Part shown: positions 62,272 through 64,000 of the stretch, one piece after another
Layout of the letters: every line of letters starts with the position of its first letter
How positions within the stretch are numbered: position 1 is the first letter of the stretch
Assembly (NCBI GenBank): GCA_041640635.1
Contig: JBEPZX010000006.1
Location: 1-64,000 of the forward strand
Direction of reading: 5' to 3'
Origin: Aquificaceae bacterium
GTDB taxonomy: Bacteria > Aquificota > Aquificia > Aquificales > Aquificaceae
Length of the DNA: 64,000 bases
The notes under the pieces: model-generated
The model's database searches: none
What the model was told of the DNA's origin: nothing
The model's input: only the letters and a program-made list of their open reading frames with translations
Program-made: the position numbers and the translations under genes

Positions 62272-63210
62272 TTAGGCATACTTAATTAAGACTTTTGAGA
62301 TGTCTTCTTTTATTTGATTTATTAGATCCAAACTGGAAGAGAATTTTTTTTCTTCTCTTAAAAACTCTAAGAATTCTACCTTTATTTTTTTCCCATATAA
62401 ATTCAAACTTTTATGTATAATATGAACCTCTAACACCCTTTTTTTCCCTCCAAAGGTTGGTCGGTAACCGTAGTTTGCTATCGCTATATGCTCATCATTT
62501 ACCCTGACTGCATAAACACCTTCCTTTAAACACAGGTTTTCGCTTCCTTCTAAATTTGCTGTTGGAAAGCCTATTTTTGATCCTCTTCCATCTCCCTTAA
62601 CTACTTTCCTTAGCAAGTAATACCTTCTCTTTAAGTATTTTGTTACTTCTTCTACTCTACCAGTATGCAGTAATCGTCTGATCAGTGTACTACTTACTAT
62701 GTGGCCATCTACCTTGAAAGGTTCAGAAAGTTTTACATCGAAACCTAACTCCCTACCTAACTCTTTGGCAAGCTCTATTTCACCTTCCCTTCTGTATCCA
62801 AAACGCCAATCATAACCTACTAAAAGAAACTTGCATTTTAGTTTTCTGTGGACTATATCTTTTAAAAAATCCTCCGCTTTCATTAGGGAAAATTCTTTAG
62901 TGAACTTTATAAATAAGCACGCGTATACATTTAAGGAAGCTAATATATCTGCCCTTTCGTATACACTGCTTAGCTCGCAAGGTGCTTGATCAGGAGATAA
63001 GACTTTTAGAGGATGTGGGTAAAAGCTCAATATTACAGGTTTAAGACCTCTTAATTTAGCCTCTTCTACTAACCTGTTAACGAGATACTGATGTCCAATA
63101 TGAACACCGTCAAAATTACCTATGGCTATGGCAGTTTCGTAATCTAGAGAATCTATACAACTAAGACCTTTAAGACATTCATCTTTTATCTTTAAACTGT
63201 AGATATTCAT
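62272..63210 (-). CDS. ribF: bifunctional riboflavin kinase/FAD synthetase
   Basis: GNFDGVHIGH, VSSTLIR, IGFPTAN, GYRPTF, LEVH. Confidence 0.95.
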   Translation of the reverse strand: MNIYSLKIKDECLKGLSCIDSLDYETAIAIGNFDGVHIGHQYLVNRLVEEAKLRGLKPVILSFYPHPLKVLSPDQAPCELSSVYERADILASLNVYACLFIKFTKEFSLMKAEDFLKDIVHRKLKCKFLLVGYDWRFGYRREGEIELAKELGRELGFDVKLSEPFKVDGHIVSSTLIRRLLHTGRVEEVTKYLKRRYYLLRKVVKGDGRGSKIGFPTANLEGSENLCLKEGVYAVRVNDEHIAIANYGYRPTFGGKKRVLEVHIIHKSLNLYGKKIKVEFLEFLREEKKFSSSLDLINQIKEDISKVLIKYA

Positions 63211-63806
63211 TTTCTTTTCCAAAGACTTATTATTCTCTCCCAGAAGCTCAACTCTTGTGAAACTACAATCTGCTCTTGCACTACAAACCTGTCCATATAA
63301 TCATCCAGCAGAATAAACTTATCGCAAACCTTTCTTAATTGGTAAGAACTAGTTTTCTTAAAAGATGCATTTTCTATACGTTTCCCTATCCTTTGAATCT
63401 CTTCTACCGTATACGAAAAATCACTATCTCCCGTAACAAGAATACCAGTATCGTAATTATCCATATAAGCCATACTAAGCATATCTGTAGCAAGCATTAT
63501 GTCCACTTCCTTTTCTACAAACTCCCCGGATGGTAACTTTTTTAGGTTCGCTACCTTTACTTTTATTCCTTGCAAGGAAAGTTCTTCTAAAAACCTTCTT
63601 TGTCTTAGGTAACTATCCCATTCTGGAGAGTTCTTCTTTATATCTTTTTCCTTAGGTACAGCGCCATAAAAGTATGTCCTTATGTGGTATCTGTCACTAG
63701 CCAAAAAGCTAACTAGTTTCTGATAATCAATTTTTATGTTCAAATACCTAATAGCGTGAAATAAATTGGATCCATCTATGAACACAATTACACGGTCTCT
63801 GCTCAT
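63207..63806 (-). CDS. NYN (LabA/DUF88) domain putative ribonuclease
   Basis: VFIDGSNL, EKEVDIMLATDM, LVTGDSDF acidic PIN-like motifs. Confidence 0.9.
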   Translation of the reverse strand: MSRDRVIVFIDGSNLFHAIRYLNIKIDYQKLVSFLASDRYHIRTYFYGAVPKEKDIKKNSPEWDSYLRQRRFLEELSLQGIKVKVANLKKLPSGEFVEKEVDIMLATDMLSMAYMDNYDTGILVTGDSDFSYTVEEIQRIGKRIENASFKKTSSYQLRKVCDKFILLDDYMDRFVVQEQIVVSQELSFWERIISLWKRK

Positions 63807-64000
63807 ATACTAAATCTAAGTATGGCACAAAGTTCTTTCATCTCCTTCTGTAGATTAGGATCTACTATAACCCTTACCTTTGCTCTTTCTTCCAGTGCCA
63901 CTTCTACTGCTTCATTTACTATATCAGCTACTGGTATGGGCTTATCATCTTCCATAGGGCAAGTAGGTTCAACACTCGGAGTATGAGACTTAGAGCACAG
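63803..64000 (-). CDS. C-terminal fragment of an eRF1/pelota-like (baeRF) protein (5' end outside the window)
   Basis: Manual translation ...CPMEDDKPIPVADIVNEAVEVALEERAKVRVIVDPNLQKEMKELCAILRFSI*, resembling eRF1 domain 3; ATGA overlap with the NYN gene. Confidence 0.62.
   Translation of the reverse strand: MCSKSHTPSVEPTCPMEDDKPIPVADIVNEAVEVALEERAKVRVIVDPNLQKEMKELCAILRFSI

Noticed and set aside
62260..62275. TGGCAC as a sigma54 -24 box (also at 63823)
   Set aside because: No GC at the -12 position, and no suitably oriented gene downstream.

Overview
Gene-dense, AT-rich core chromosome segment, most likely from a thermophilic chemolithoautotroph of the Aquificaceae (Hydrogenobacter/Thermocrinis/Aquifex-like). 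This assignment is inferred from citryl-CoA synthetase ccsAB and fumB of the reverse TCA cycle, split atpGD, RNase HIII, stand-alone MnmC2/MnmD, a CC-adding-type nucleotidyltransferase and tRNA genes lacking CCA. About 65 CDSs, mostly housekeeping, and two tRNAs (Arg-CCG, Leu-CAA). No mobile element, prophage or CRISPR array was seen. Most interesting: (1) a sigma54 module of two DUF2173/Roadblock-like paralogues, an SCP2 protein and a Cys-rich PAS-PAS enhancer-binding protein, with a consensus -24/-12 promoter and a palindromic upstream site; (2) a Family 1 encapsulin with no classical cargo gene, directly upstream of ccsA, whose C-terminus ends in DLGI like a cargo-loading peptide; (3) an A2-type oxidase operon carrying a second subunit-I-like protein without CuB ligands, a heme A synthase apparently missing its fourth His, and an unannotated 37-aa single-TM ORF; (4) an eRF1/pelota-like (baeRF) gene coupled to a NYN ribonuclease; (5) pervasive -10-only, near-leaderless and bidirectional promoters, and tRNAs that overlap or abut CDSs. 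All calls come from reading motifs by eye; no searches were run.
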